Positions 31,156 through 41,672 are shown, numbered from the stretch's first letter. The stretch: DNA of 64,000 nucleotides from Candidatus Methanomethylophilaceae archaeon (GCA_017507885.1 JAFVZY010000024.1:2784-66783), one strand, 5' to 3'. Notes: generated by a model not told the origin, from the letters alone. A program made the numbers and translations.

Positions 31156-31425
31156 ATGACGAACCTGGGCCGTGAAAACGAGGAGAGAGAATTCAAAGAG
31201 AGTACAACGGAAGTGGAAAAAGGAATAATCTCACTCCAAGGGGGAAATCCTGATTCTTACAGCATGAGGGAATTTCCGAACTATACGCTGGACGATATAT
31301 CGGATTTCACGGGATTGCGCAGATCGTCCATCGGCAAAACGGTACCGAAGCTACGCTCCAGAAGGCTGGTGGAAAGGACCGGTTCCAAAAGGAACGGGGG
31401 ATGGATCGTCCATTACGACGGATGA
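31156..31425 (+). pseudogene. Internally deleted AlbA_2/Schlafen-like + winged-helix gene relic
   Basis: MTNLGRENEEREFKEST...GIISL (AlbA-like start) joined to FPNYTLDDIS...LVERTGSKRNGGW (wHTH end); the middle of the gene is missing. Confidence 0.7.
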
Positions 31426-31469
31426 TTCCTGATGAAAGGGGTTTGGGAGGGCGTCATACCCTCCCTGCT

Positions 31470-34400
31470 TCAGGTCTCGATCTCCAAGGTGCTTCCGCTG
31501 GAACCCACCTTGCCGTTCCTCACGACTATCTTCCTGTCCATCTGGGTCTTCAAGGCCTCCACATGGGAGATGATTCCTATGAGGCAATCCCCTCCCGAGA
31601 GATTCATCAACACCGACAGCGACTGCTTCAGGGCCTCGGGGTCGAGGGAACCGAATCCCTCGTCCACGAACAGAGTCTCAATCCTGAGACCGCCGTTGAT
31701 CCTCTGGACCGCATCGGACAATCCCAATGCGAGGGACAGCGCCGCCATGAACGACTCCCCACCGGAAAGGGTGGTTGAGACCCTCCTGCGTCCGGTGAAC
31801 TTGTCGAGCACGTCGATGTCGAGACCGAACTGCTGCCTCTTGTCCGTGGCCTCCTCCCTGATGACCAGTTCGTAACGGCCGTCTGTCATGACCCTGAACC
31901 TCTCATTAGCGAAGTACAGGACCCTCTTGAAGTAGACCGCCTGCACGTAAGCCTCGAAGGACTGCTTCACACCGGTGTTTCCGGACACGGCCTCGGCCAG
32001 TCTCCTGATGTCACCGCAGCTCCTGTCCAGGTCCTCCAGGTCCCTCATGTGCCTGGACAGACCATCCATGGTCCTGGTGTTGGCCTTCACGCGGACCTCG
32101 AGCCCCATGATGCTGTTCTGACAGTCCTTGATGCGGATGTCCAGGTCGCCGATGTACTCGTCCAGGGCCTGGATGTCCACTGGTTCACGGTCCCCGACGT
32201 CGCCCTCCAGCTTGGCGATGAGGGTATGCATGGAATTGATCTCGGAATCGTACCCCTTGACCGTCGCATCCATCTGCGGGATGGTGTCCTCCCTCCCGAG
32301 GAGCTCGTTGCAGGACTCCTCGTCGAGGGAGTTCTCGGACAGGAGGCGTTCGAACTCCGCCTCGGCCTTCTCCAATTCCGACAGGGACTTGTCGATAACG
32401 TCGACCTTGGCTTCGATGTCCCCTTCGATGTTGGACCTTCTCTCCCTGCACTCCTGCACGGCGACCCTGTGGGCCTCCACCTTGGCGGAACTGTCCGCGA
32501 TGGATGCCTCCAGGGACTTCACCGCCTCGTCGAGGTCGGCGAGGGCGGGGTAGCGTTCGTCCACGGGGAGGGATTCCAATCTTCCCTTGAGGATGGAGAT
32601 CTCGTTCTGTGCATTGCGGTGTTTGGCGTCCTCCTTCTCCATGAGACCCTTCCAATAGGTCTCCTCCTCGTCCAGCTTCTCGAAACCGGCGTTTATCTCC
32701 GCCATCCTGTCACGGATGGGGATCAGGTTGGCGATCTCGTTCCTATAGGCCGCCTCGACGCCGTCCAGTTCGACGGTCATGTCATGGATCACCTCCAGGT
32801 GTTCGGATTCATTGGGGTCCATGAGGAGCTCCGTGAGGATGTCCGTGCACTGCGACCATATCTCATCGGAACGGGCCCTGGCGGAATGCACCTTCGAATT
32901 CAGATCCTCCATCACCTGACGCTTCTTCTCCTGGTCCTCCCTCATCATGTCCAGGGACTCGCGGGTGGGGACGTCCTCGGAGAGACTCGCGGGGGAGGGG
33001 TGATCCATGGAACCGCAGACGGGACAGGGCCGACCGACCTCGAGACGGGAAGCGATCATGCCGGCCTGACCCAGGTAGAAGCGGTCCTCCGCATCGTCCA
33101 CCCTGGCGTTCATCATTCTGAGTTCGCTCAACGCGGATACATACCTCCTCTCCAGACCGTCAAGCTCGATCATGGCGTCCGAATGGGCGCCCAGGGCCTT
33201 GCGTGCCTTCGCCAACAGTTCCCTGCGGGTCTTGCAACCGTCGAGAAGACCGTTCAGCTCCCCGATCCTGACCTCCACGTTGGAGTTCTCGGACAGGTAC
33301 CTCCTGTTCTCGACCTTGACCCCCTCTATCCTGGAGAGTTCCTTCCTGGCCCCGTCCACCTGTGCGGCGGTGAAATCAAGGAGCTTGGTCTGGATTCCGA
33401 GGTCCTTCTCGCATTCCGCCCTGACCTCGTAGGCCCCGCGCCTCCCGTTCAACAGGAGGAGTTCCTCCCTGCATTCGTCGGCGAGCTTCTGGAACCCGGA
33501 GATCATGTCGGTCTCCCCTTCGAGTTTGTCGAGTTCCGCCTGAACGGCGGCGAGGTTGGACTTCGACTCCTCGAGGAGTGCTTTGGTGGAACAGATGTCG
33601 TCCATCAGGGTGGTGACCCTGTTCTTGGGGACCTTGAGTGTGGATACGGCCATGCGAACGGAATCCAACTCCCTACGGGTGATGTCGATCTCAGGGGAAC
33701 GGGACTGCAGATCCGCGAGCCTGTTCCTGGATTCGGCGAGCTGCCCGAGGGAACGGTTCAGGCCCTCGCCCTCGATCTTGACCGCGACGAGCCTGTTGCG
33801 CTCCGTGTCGAGTTCCACGACCTTGCCCCTGTATTCGGCTATGGCGGATGTGTCGGCCTCTTTGCGGGCGATGGCGATTTCAAGGACCTCCGATGCGTAG
33901 GCGACCATGCCCTTCCTCTCCTCGTATTCGGGACAGTCTGGGATCTCCAGGGCACCCATATCCTTGACGATCTGTTCCTTGGCGTGAGAGTATTCGTTCT
34001 CGTAACCCCTCGCGGTTTCGAGGATCCTGTCCTGGAACCTCTTGACGTTCTCGGTGGAGAAGATCTTGCGGAAGATCTCACCCCTGTCCTTGGTGCTGGA
34101 GTCGAGGAGCTTCCTGAACTCCCCCTGTGCGAGCATGGACACCTGCTTCCACTGGTCGAAATCCATTCCGATTATTTCGACCACCTTGGCGGAAACCTCG
34201 GCCTCCTTGGTGTAGACCCTGTCGCCCGCGATGAACTCCACGGATGAGGGCTTCCTGGTCATGCCGGTGCCCCTCTGTTTGGGACGCTCCTGGTCGGGGT
34301 ACCTGATGATAGAGTACTCCTCCCCGTCATGCTCGAAGAACAGCTCCACGTAGGTCTCCGTCCTGGGATCGGCGAAGTGGCTGCGGATTCCGGTCCTGCG

Positions 34401-34577
34401 TCCGTCGTTGGTCTTCCCGTAGAGGACGTAGGTGATGGCGTTGAAGATGGAGGTCTTCCCCGCCCCGGTGTCACCGGTGATCAGGAAGAGTCCGTTGCCG
34501 CCAAACCTCTTGAAATCGACCTCCACCTTCCCCCCGTAGGGTCCAAAAGCGGACATGGTGAGCACGAGGGGCTTCAC
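31470..34577 (-). CDS. sbcC: SbcC, SMC-like ATPase of bacterial type
   Basis: LTMSAFGPY, GDTGAGKT, LAQGEFRKLL, CPVCGS zinc hook, LSGGE, LFVDEGFGSLD. Confidence 0.95.
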   Translation of the reverse strand: MKPLVLTMSAFGPYGGKVEVDFKRFGGNGLFLITGDTGAGKTSIFNAITYVLYGKTNDGRRTGIRSHFADPRTETYVELFFEHDGEEYSIIRYPDQERPKQRGTGMTRKPSSVEFIAGDRVYTKEAEVSAKVVEIIGMDFDQWKQVSMLAQGEFRKLLDSSTKDRGEIFRKIFSTENVKRFQDRILETARGYENEYSHAKEQIVKDMGALEIPDCPEYEERKGMVAYASEVLEIAIARKEADTSAIAEYRGKVVELDTERNRLVAVKIEGEGLNRSLGQLAESRNRLADLQSRSPEIDITRRELDSVRMAVSTLKVPKNRVTTLMDDICSTKALLEESKSNLAAVQAELDKLEGETDMISGFQKLADECREELLLLNGRRGAYEVRAECEKDLGIQTKLLDFTAAQVDGARKELSRIEGVKVENRRYLSENSNVEVRIGELNGLLDGCKTRRELLAKARKALGAHSDAMIELDGLERRYVSALSELRMMNARVDDAEDRFYLGQAGMIASRLEVGRPCPVCGSMDHPSPASLSEDVPTRESLDMMREDQEKKRQVMEDLNSKVHSARARSDEIWSQCTDILTELLMDPNESEHLEVIHDMTVELDGVEAAYRNEIANLIPIRDRMAEINAGFEKLDEEETYWKGLMEKEDAKHRNAQNEISILKGRLESLPVDERYPALADLDEAVKSLEASIADSSAKVEAHRVAVQECRERRSNIEGDIEAKVDVIDKSLSELEKAEAEFERLLSENSLDEESCNELLGREDTIPQMDATVKGYDSEINSMHTLIAKLEGDVGDREPVDIQALDEYIGDLDIRIKDCQNSIMGLEVRVKANTRTMDGLSRHMRDLEDLDRSCGDIRRLAEAVSGNTGVKQSFEAYVQAVYFKRVLYFANERFRVMTDGRYELVIREEATDKRQQFGLDIDVLDKFTGRRRVSTTLSGGESFMAALSLALGLSDAVQRINGGLRIETLFVDEGFGSLDPEALKQSLSVLMNLSGGDCLIGIISHVEALKTQMDRKIVVRNGKVGSSGSTLEIET

Positions 34578-35704
34578 ATTATCGCCCCCATGTCGTCATC
34601 CATGAGGTCCGCGACCAGTTTCCTCTGGGAATCCGTGAGCGGAGCGCCGGTCCTGAGCTCATAGAACTGGGAGAACAGCTCCATCATGTCCATCCTCTCC
34701 ACCGCCACCTCCTCGGTGACCCCCTTAATGCCCTCGGTTCCAACCACATCGATGTTCATGGTGTTGGGGAACACCTCCCTGAGACGGGAGAGGGCGTCGA
34801 TGGCATCCTCGGTGAGGGTGACGTAGATGTAGTCCTCCCTGCCGGGGTCGTTCCTGCCGTACGCGATGAGGTCCTCCAGCCTTCCGGTGATCTGCCTCAT
34901 GTCACGGAGGGGCATCAGGGGCTCGTAGCTCAGTTCGACGCCGTCGGCGGTGATGTCGACGATGGTGACGGACTTCTGATGATCCTTTTCGGACAGGGAG
35001 TACTTCAGAGGGGTTCCGCAGTAGCGGACGGTCTCCCTTCCGATGCTCTGGGGCTTGTGGATGTGGCCGAGGGCGACGTAGTCGAACCCGTCGAACACGG
35101 ATGCCTTCACGGATTCGGTTCCTCCGACGAAGACGGATTCGGAATCGCAGGTGACGGGGGAGTCGCCGTCGGAGACTATGAACTGATGGGTGACGGCGAT
35201 CTTCGGGACACCCTCCTCGATTTCAGTGTGGGCTATCGCGGATGCAACGGCGTCGGTGTAATCATCGATCTCCTCATCGGGGTACATCCTACGGACATGG
35301 GCGGGTTTAATGAACGGAAGAAGGTACACATCCACCCTCTCATCCCCACGGACGAGGGTGTGACGGTCCATGGTGCCGGAGAACACCCCGGATATGAACA
35401 GACGGTTCTTCTCGAAGATCCTGTTTCCGAAACCCAGTTTCTCGGGGGAATCGTGATTCCCGGCGATGACGAACGTATCCAGATCGCGTCCGGAGAGTTC
35501 AGTGAGGAACCAGTCCAGCATCCTCACGGAATCGACCGTGGGCGACGACGTGTCATAGACGTCCCCTGCGATGATCACCCCGTCGGGATCTATCTCGTCG
35601 ACGATCCTCAGTATCTCGGACAGGATGTGCTGCTGATCCTCCTCCAGGGACCTGTCCCTGAGCTTCTTCCCGATGTGGAGGTCGGAGATATGGATGAATC
35701 TCAT
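34574..35704 (-). CDS. sbcD: SbcD nuclease
   Basis: SDLHIG, AGDVYD, GNHD, ALGHIH, YCGTPLKYSLSE. Confidence 0.95.
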   Translation of the reverse strand: MRFIHISDLHIGKKLRDRSLEEDQQHILSEILRIVDEIDPDGVIIAGDVYDTSSPTVDSVRMLDWFLTELSGRDLDTFVIAGNHDSPEKLGFGNRIFEKNRLFISGVFSGTMDRHTLVRGDERVDVYLLPFIKPAHVRRMYPDEEIDDYTDAVASAIAHTEIEEGVPKIAVTHQFIVSDGDSPVTCDSESVFVGGTESVKASVFDGFDYVALGHIHKPQSIGRETVRYCGTPLKYSLSEKDHQKSVTIVDITADGVELSYEPLMPLRDMRQITGRLEDLIAYGRNDPGREDYIYVTLTEDAIDALSRLREVFPNTMNIDVVGTEGIKGVTEEVAVERMDMMELFSQFYELRTGAPLTDSQRKLVADLMDDDMGAIM

Positions 35705-35708
35705 GACA

Positions 35709-36299
35709 TCACTCCAGCTTCAGCATGCGTGCGGGGGAGACGACCCTTCCGCCGTGACATTCCTGCTCCAGCCTGTACATGTAGTCCAACGCGGGAATCA
35801 GATTGTCCACCCTCACGAACTTCATCCCGGGTTCGGGAAGGTACGTTCCGATGGGAACCTCCTCGCCATCCACCTCTATGAACACGAGGAGTCTGGTGTT
35901 GCAGACGCCATCCATGGAGTCCCTGAAGACCACCATGGCCGCACCGTTTCCGGATACGCAGATGTTGGAGAGGGGACCCTCAGACCACCCCTCGTCGACA
36001 CTGCTGCGCCTGTGGCTAGACCTGTTGAAACCGCGTCTTTCATTGCAGTTCCTCGAATCGTTGGAATTAGCATCGGAAACCTCGTTGAAGAACGCCTTGG
36101 CTTCCGCACGGGAATGGTCCCCGTCGGACATGTAGTCGAAATAGTCACGGACATGACCGGGGATCCTGTCGAAATCCCCGTTGTCGTAGTACTCCATGTA
36201 CTTGTACAGAGTCGGTCTTGATACGTCAAGCATTTTTGCCACCTCCAATAGCGGGATTACCTCGCGCAATTTTTCGGAAATATCGTTTGCAATGGCCAT
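35709..36299 (-). CDS. N-terminal HTH protein with unknown C-terminal beta domain, first gene of the sbcDC operon
   Basis: LLEVAKMLDVSRPTLYKY HTH; 4 bp gap to sbcD. Confidence 0.8.
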   Translation of the reverse strand: MAIANDISEKLREVIPLLEVAKMLDVSRPTLYKYMEYYDNGDFDRIPGHVRDYFDYMSDGDHSRAEAKAFFNEVSDANSNDSRNCNERRGFNRSSHRRSSVDEGWSEGPLSNICVSGNGAAMVVFRDSMDGVCNTRLLVFIEVDGEEVPIGTYLPEPGMKFVRVDNLIPALDYMYRLEQECHGGRVVSPARMLKLE

Positions 36300-36330
36300 G
36301 ACAAAGTGATGTTCGGCAGAGTATTTAACA

Positions 36331-36348
36331 CTTTACAGAAGTGTAAAG
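36331..36348. promoter_or_regulatory. Candidate operator CTTTACA-N4-TGTAAAG
   Basis: Perfect 7-bp inverted repeat next to a TATA-like TTAAATA (minus strand, 36322-28); more TGTAAA half-sites at 36358, 36489 and 36501. Confidence 0.55.
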
Positions 36349-36610
36349 ATTCTAATCTGTAAAAGTATGGTTGAAAAAAATTAGTGAAAAACTAACAAAT
36401 GTATCCAATACATCAGTGATGATGATTCTACAAATTCCCAATAATGACCAATAATCGATGTGTTTTGACAAAAACAAGATGGGTTCGGTGTAAAGCAGAC
36501 TGTAAACCCCCGATTTCCCATATTCACGGAATGGTGGAACACGATCAGGATACGTCCTTCACGATGCATCGGGACATAGGATTATATGAAACTCAGCCGA
36601 TGGGCATGAC

Positions 36611-37090
36611 ATGACCGAAGTCATCATACACACCACCATGGGTGACATCAAGATCGCAATGCACGACGACATGCCCATCACCACCGGCAACTTCATCAAA
36701 CTCGCCAAAGAGGGATTCTACGACGGGATCATCTTCCACAGGGTCATCGACGGATTCATGATCCAGGGAGGCTGCCCCGAGGGAACCGGAATGGGTGGAC
36801 CCGGATACAACATCCAGGACGAGTTCGGAACCGGACACTCCAACAAGAGGGGAACCATCTCCATGGCCAACACCGGCCGCCCCAACACCGGAGGAAGCCA
36901 GTTCTTCATCAACACCGTGGACAACACCTACCTCGACAAGGAGTTCGTCCAGACCCCCTACGCACACCCCGTCTTCGGAACCGTCCTCGAGGGAATGGAC
37001 GTCGTCGACAAGATCAGCGCCGTCAAGACCGACAGGAACGACAAGCCCCTGAAGGACGTTGTCATCAACAGCATCGACGTCATCGAGTGA
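36611..37090 (+). CDS. Cyclophilin-type peptidyl-prolyl isomerase
   Basis: FHRVIDGFMIQGG, SMANTGRPNTGGSQFFIN, HPVFG. Confidence 0.96.
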   Translation: MTEVIIHTTMGDIKIAMHDDMPITTGNFIKLAKEGFYDGIIFHRVIDGFMIQGGCPEGTGMGGPGYNIQDEFGTGHSNKRGTISMANTGRPNTGGSQFFINTVDNTYLDKEFVQTPYAHPVFGTVLEGMDVVDKISAVKTDRNDKPLKDVVINSIDVIE

Positions 37091-37095
37091 TATCC

Positions 37096-37923
37096 ATGAC
37101 CAGGCATGTGATGGAGTGCCTCGGAAGAACCCGCGTCGTCATCGAGGATGGCGAGATCGTGGAGGTTTCCGAGCCCTTGGTCAAAAACTGCCCCCTGTTC
37201 GAGAAATACCGTGGCATCAAGGAGATCACGCCCGAGATCGTCAAGGAGAACATCGAATTCCGCATGAGGACCTTCGGGATGTGCTGCGAAAACAGGGAAA
37301 CCGAGATGGATGATTTCCTCTCATTCGGAGTCTCCGAGATCCTGAGCCATGCCATGAAGGAGAAGACCCTCGACGCGGTCGTCATCGCATCCGACGGATG
37401 CGGAACCGCGGTCATGACCGATCCCCGCCTGATCCAGGGTATGGGTGGACGCATATCCGGCCTCTGCGAGACCGAACCCATCCCCAAGGTCGTGGAGGCC
37501 GTCGGAAGAGAGAACATGCTGGATCCGGACACCGCGCGCATGGATGCGGTCGCGGGAGCCGACAAGGCGTTCGCCATGGGTTACGGATTGGTGGCTGTCA
37601 CCACCCCCTTCGTATCCGATGCGGTGAAGATCAAGGAGAAATACGGCGACAAGGCGGTAACCATCGCGGTCCACACCACCGGAATGTCCGAAGAGGATGC
37701 CGAGACCGCGTACAAGGTGTTCGACATCATCACCGCATGCGCATCGAAGAGCCTCAGACAGAGGGCATGCGGCAACACCGACATTCTGATCGCCGGAACC
37801 AAGGTCCCCATCTACGGAATATCCGAGAAGGGGAAGGAACTCGTTCTTTCGAAGCTCCTGAGCATCGGAAGGGAACCCACCAAACTGGGTGACGACGAGA
37901 CCCCGCCATACCCCCTGGTCTGA
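37096..37923 (+). CDS. Methanogenesis marker protein 8
   Basis: HVMECLGRTRVVI, FLSFGVSE, QGMGGRISGL..TEPI, AVHTTG, TACASK. Confidence 0.9.
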   Translation: MTRHVMECLGRTRVVIEDGEIVEVSEPLVKNCPLFEKYRGIKEITPEIVKENIEFRMRTFGMCCENRETEMDDFLSFGVSEILSHAMKEKTLDAVVIASDGCGTAVMTDPRLIQGMGGRISGLCETEPIPKVVEAVGRENMLDPDTARMDAVAGADKAFAMGYGLVAVTTPFVSDAVKIKEKYGDKAVTIAVHTTGMSEEDAETAYKVFDIITACASKSLRQRACGNTDILIAGTKVPIYGISEKGKELVLSKLLSIGREPTKLGDDETPPYPLV

Positions 37924-37935
37924 CGTTTGAAAACA

Positions 37936-37951
37936 GGGTCCTTCGGGACCC
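37936..37951. terminator. cUUCGg hairpin between convergent genes
   Basis: GGGTCC-TTCG-GGACCC with nearby A/T runs. Confidence 0.6.
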
Positions 37952-37983
37952 GCCTTTCATTTCTGAAAAAAAACCTGTGACGT

Positions 37984-38349
37984 TCAATCGCCACGGTATG
38001 TGTCTATTACGAGATGGGTACCGGAACGGAGAAGGATGATCGGTACACCCTCCTTCCTGAGTCTTCTGCGAAGTTCCTTGTCGTTGGTGAGCACATAACC
38101 GCCGGTCTGCAAGGCGAGTTCGATGACGGAATTGTCGCCGGAGGACTTGGTGGGTATGATCTCGTATTTCCTGGCAAGGGTGATGGCCGCGCGGGCAAAC
38201 TTGTGGTCGAGATGCTTCAACTCGCCCACAAGAGGGCCCGGGACCACGATCCTCGCCTCGCCCAACAGGTCCTGAAGGGCGAGGTCGAGGTTTATCCTGA
38301 TCTCAAAAGGCATGAGTAAGGCGTTTGTGTCGAGAACCACGGTCTGCAT
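37984..38349 (-). CDS. PIN-domain protein (Fcf1/VapC9-like)
   Basis: VVLDTNALL, GDNSVI, TNDKELRRR; conserved position after eIF2g. Confidence 0.9.
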   Translation of the reverse strand: MQTVVLDTNALLMPFEIRINLDLALQDLLGEARIVVPGPLVGELKHLDHKFARAAITLARKYEIIPTKSSGDNSVIELALQTGGYVLTNDKELRRRLRKEGVPIILLRSGTHLVIDTYRGD

Positions 38350-38354
38350 GGAAC

Positions 38355-39593
38355 TCACTGATCTACGATACCGTAACCGATGAGTCTCCACTTGTTGGAG
38401 ATTCTTCTGGAGATGGCTACCCTCTGCCCGGGCAGGATACACACGGGGATCTTGAGGGCGACTTCTGCGGAACCGGCCCTTGCACTCTTGACGACACCGA
38501 CTGTGGTTGCGGTACCGACGCTGAGCATGAGGGGTTCGTTGCTCTTGATCTCCTCCACGGAGAGTTCCGCGGAGGATCCGACGACACGATCGAGCAGAGT
38601 GGTCTTCATCTTGAAGTCGTGGACCACCTCGGGAAGCTCACCGGGAACCCCGATGACCCTTCCGGTGAGACCGTCGGACTTGGTGATGGCCGCGTCGAGT
38701 CCGGTTCCGATCGCGATGAGACCTCCGGGGAGGACCTCCTTCACGCTCTTTCCACCGGCCTCCAGAGAGGTGACCTTCGCGGTTATCCTCTCGTAGACCA
38801 CCTTTCCGGCGACCTCGGTCTTCCTTCCGGGGGAGATCTCGATGTCGTCCCCGACCCTCAGGGTACCCTGGATGAGGGTTCCGCCGAGGACTCCGCCCTT
38901 CAAGTCCTGGGGGGCCGCTCCGGGGGAGTTGATGTCGAAGGAACGGGCCACGTGCATGAGGGGCGAAGACTCCGCATCCCTCTTGACCTTGGCCACGATG
39001 TGCTCCTCGATGGTCTGGATGAGCATGTCGATGTTGACACCGCGGTTCGCGGAGATCGGGATGATCGGGGCGTTCTCCGCGATCGTTCCCTTGACGAACT
39101 CCTTGATCTGCTTGTAGTTCTCCACCGCCTGCTCCCTGCTGACCAGGTCGATCTTGTTCTGAACGATGATGATGTTCTCGATTCCGATGATGGACAGCGC
39201 CATCAAGTGCTCCTTTGTCTGAGGCTGGGGACACTTCTCGTTGGCCGCGACGAGCAGGAGGGCTCCGTCCATGAGGGCGGCTCCCGAAAGCATGGTGGCC
39301 ATGAGGGTTTCGTGTCCGGGTGCATCGACGAAGGAAACGGCTCTGAGGAACTCGGTCTCAGCACCGCAGCTCTTACACTTCTTGTTGGTACCGTATACGG
39401 CAGGGCCCTGGCATTCGGGGCACCTGTAGAATGCCACATCGGCATACCCGAGACGGATTGAGATGCCTCTCTTCAACTCCTCGGAGTGACGGTCGGTCCA
39501 CTCTCCGGAAAGGGCCTTGGTAAGGGTGGTCTTTCCGTGGTCGACGTGACCGATCATCCCGATGTTGATCTCGGGCTGCATTGGGACTTTCAT
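38355..39593 (-). CDS. eif2g: Translation initiation factor 2 gamma subunit
   Basis: [34 protein letters not shown]. Confidence 0.98.
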   Translation of the reverse strand: MKVPMQPEINIGMIGHVDHGKTTLTKALSGEWTDRHSEELKRGISIRLGYADVAFYRCPECQGPAVYGTNKKCKSCGAETEFLRAVSFVDAPGHETLMATMLSGAALMDGALLLVAANEKCPQPQTKEHLMALSIIGIENIIIVQNKIDLVSREQAVENYKQIKEFVKGTIAENAPIIPISANRGVNIDMLIQTIEEHIVAKVKRDAESSPLMHVARSFDINSPGAAPQDLKGGVLGGTLIQGTLRVGDDIEISPGRKTEVAGKVVYERITAKVTSLEAGGKSVKEVLPGGLIAIGTGLDAAITKSDGLTGRVIGVPGELPEVVHDFKMKTTLLDRVVGSSAELSVEEIKSNEPLMLSVGTATTVGVVKSARAGSAEVALKIPVCILPGQRVAISRRISNKWRLIGYGIVDQ

Positions 39594-39997
39594 CAGTTCT
39601 CCGCGGAGTCCTCAGCCTGGGGGTTGAGACACTCCTCGATGGATTTGGGTCCGTACTCTGCAACAGCCATGTTGATCTGGACGATGTCCTGGGAGATCTG
39701 GCGTCCGCAGATTGCGGTTCTCCTCCTCTCTCCCTTGTACCTCTCGTGGAATCCGAGACTGTCGGAGAGAAGGAGCCTAACCCTCTTGTTTCCGGGAAGG
39801 TCTGCCCTCATGGGGGTTCCGTCTTTGTCGGATCCACCGGTGATCTTGAGCTTGTAGCCGGGGAGGCCGACGAAAATTCCATCCACGACCTCTCCGATGC
39901 TGACGCCAATCAGAGAGTTCGCGTGGTGACCAGTGACGGCAACGTTGTAGGACTTGCCGGTCTTCACATCATTCACGATAGCTTTGAAATCTACCAT
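39593..39997 (-). CDS. rps6e: 30S ribosomal protein S6e
   Basis: [28 protein letters not shown]. Confidence 0.96.
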   Translation of the reverse strand: MVDFKAIVNDVKTGKSYNVAVTGHHANSLIGVSIGEVVDGIFVGLPGYKLKITGGSDKDGTPMRADLPGNKRVRLLLSDSLGFHERYKGERRRTAICGRQISQDIVQINMAVAEYGPKSIEECLNPQAEDSAEN

Positions 39998-40339
39998 TTG
40001 AACACCTGTAGGACGGCGTTAACCACGTCCTATTTATAAGGTTTACTAGGGACGTGTCCCGAATGGAGCCATCATGGGAACATCGACATGTACACGGGGA
40101 TGTCCACGATGCCACCATCGACACGCGGATTCTTGTCATGTACGACGTACGGTGTGGAGACCTTCCTGTCACGACAATCCGGAAGATGTCCTCCGAATGC
40201 AGTTTATTATTCCCCTTTTCGCTTACTCGACGCTTTTGAATTTCTTTGCAAATAGTATATAAACAAAACAATCTGGGATGTTATCGGATTGAAGGGATCC
40301 GAGAACTATGAAACAACGATGAAAACAAAAGGTTTTGAT

Positions 40340-40353
40340 GGGCCCGAAGGCCC
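40340..40353 (-). terminator. UUCG hairpin after the inserted membrane-protein gene
   Basis: GGGCC-TTCG-GGCCC on the minus strand followed by T-rich sequence. Confidence 0.55.
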
Positions 40354-40364
40354 CTTAAGATGTT

Positions 40365-41552
40365 TCAGTTGCGGGTCAATTCGAAGTGCAGGGCACTGTA
40401 TTCTCCATTGGAGCCCATGTACCCGGATATAAGCAAGGTGTCACCATCGACGTATCCTATCATGAGATTGGCGGTGCCATCATGCATATTGACGACGGAG
40501 AGGACATCGCCATCCATGTAGCCCAACCAGGTATAGGTCTTTTCTTGCCCTTCAACGGTCAACACCTCGGTATGGATGACGAACCTGTCGACCATCGTGA
40601 AGTCCTTGATGACCTCGAACGGTTGTTCAACAACGGTTGTTCCGTCGAAATCGTAGACCTTTCCGGTCCACTTGCCTTCGATGTCGAGGGGTTCCAAATG
40701 TTCACCCGCGGTGTAATCGACATCGTAGGTGCTGTCGACATAGGAGAAGAGTTCCTCGCCAGAGGGGCCCGAGGAGTAGGATTCGGCGACGATGGAAGCC
40801 TTTCCGTCGGCTATCGTGAAAAATGCGGTGATGACCTGGTCATCCATGTCGTATCCCATAACACCACATATCGCGCCATCGTAAAAGTGTGCGATGACGG
40901 ATAAGGCAAAGATGGTCCTGCCGTCACCGGGGTCCAGTTGCGTGATGGCCACCATCCTGTTCTGGGAGACGACCTCTATAGCGGGGGGTGTGATTTCCGA
41001 GGTCGTAAGGGTACCGGGCTCCTCTCCGGGGGAGTACACGACACCGGTACCGTTGGAGAAGGTGATGGTTTCCATGTCGTATCCCTCCACGTCGGGTATG
41101 TTGGTGCAATCCTCCTGAACCAATTGGAGGAACATGCCTCCAGTGACCTCGGAGAAGCCCTCGTCCAGATAATCTATCACGACCATGGAGATGGAGCACT
41201 CGTCTAGATATCCCTCGAAATAAGAGAATACTCCGCGCTTCTCATCACAGATTTCAAAGAAGATGAGGTAACCGTCGAATCCACCGATGACGGGGATGCC
41301 ATCGAATGTTCCGGAGAACATCTCCCTCTCGACCTTCTCGATGATCAACGGGGTGCGTTTCTCACTAACAGCATATTCGAAATGGGGTATGATGTCGGGC
41401 GTACTGAAGTCCGCGACCTCCTCGTACACCACGTACCACTCGCTTACCGGAGGATCGTCACCGGATTGATTACCCTTCATGAGGTACATGCTACCGATCA
41501 TGACAATTACGACAGCGACGACCGTTGCGAAAACGATTGTCTTTTGATTCAT
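40365..41552 (-). CDS. N-terminally anchored extracellular beta-rich hypothetical protein
   Basis: Single N-terminal hydrophobic helix, acidic beta-strand-like body, no recognised catalytic motif. Confidence 0.8.
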   Translation of the reverse strand: MNQKTIVFATVVAVVIVMIGSMYLMKGNQSGDDPPVSEWYVVYEEVADFSTPDIIPHFEYAVSEKRTPLIIEKVEREMFSGTFDGIPVIGGFDGYLIFFEICDEKRGVFSYFEGYLDECSISMVVIDYLDEGFSEVTGGMFLQLVQEDCTNIPDVEGYDMETITFSNGTGVVYSPGEEPGTLTTSEITPPAIEVVSQNRMVAITQLDPGDGRTIFALSVIAHFYDGAICGVMGYDMDDQVITAFFTIADGKASIVAESYSSGPSGEELFSYVDSTYDVDYTAGEHLEPLDIEGKWTGKVYDFDGTTVVEQPFEVIKDFTMVDRFVIHTEVLTVEGQEKTYTWLGYMDGDVLSVVNMHDGTANLMIGYVDGDTLLISGYMGSNGEYSALHFELTRN

Positions 41553-41672
41553 GAGGATTCGAATCGTCTTCGGGATATTATCATTTTGTGAAAAACCGGA
41601 TCACGGGAAGACGGGTGTTGAAAACAGGATGGGATTGAAGGAAAAGGAAAATGGGGGAGTCCCCCTGGGAAA

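Noticed and set aside
36481-36487. GGGTTCG as a possible attR copy of the tRNA-Lys 3' end bounding an sbcDC island
   Set aside because: Only 7 bp match, no CAGGCCCGCCA copy and no integrase in the window
40050-40270. Short ORFs or an ncRNA upstream of rps6e
   Set aside because: No coding motif, and no convincing C/D box pair or stable structure by eye
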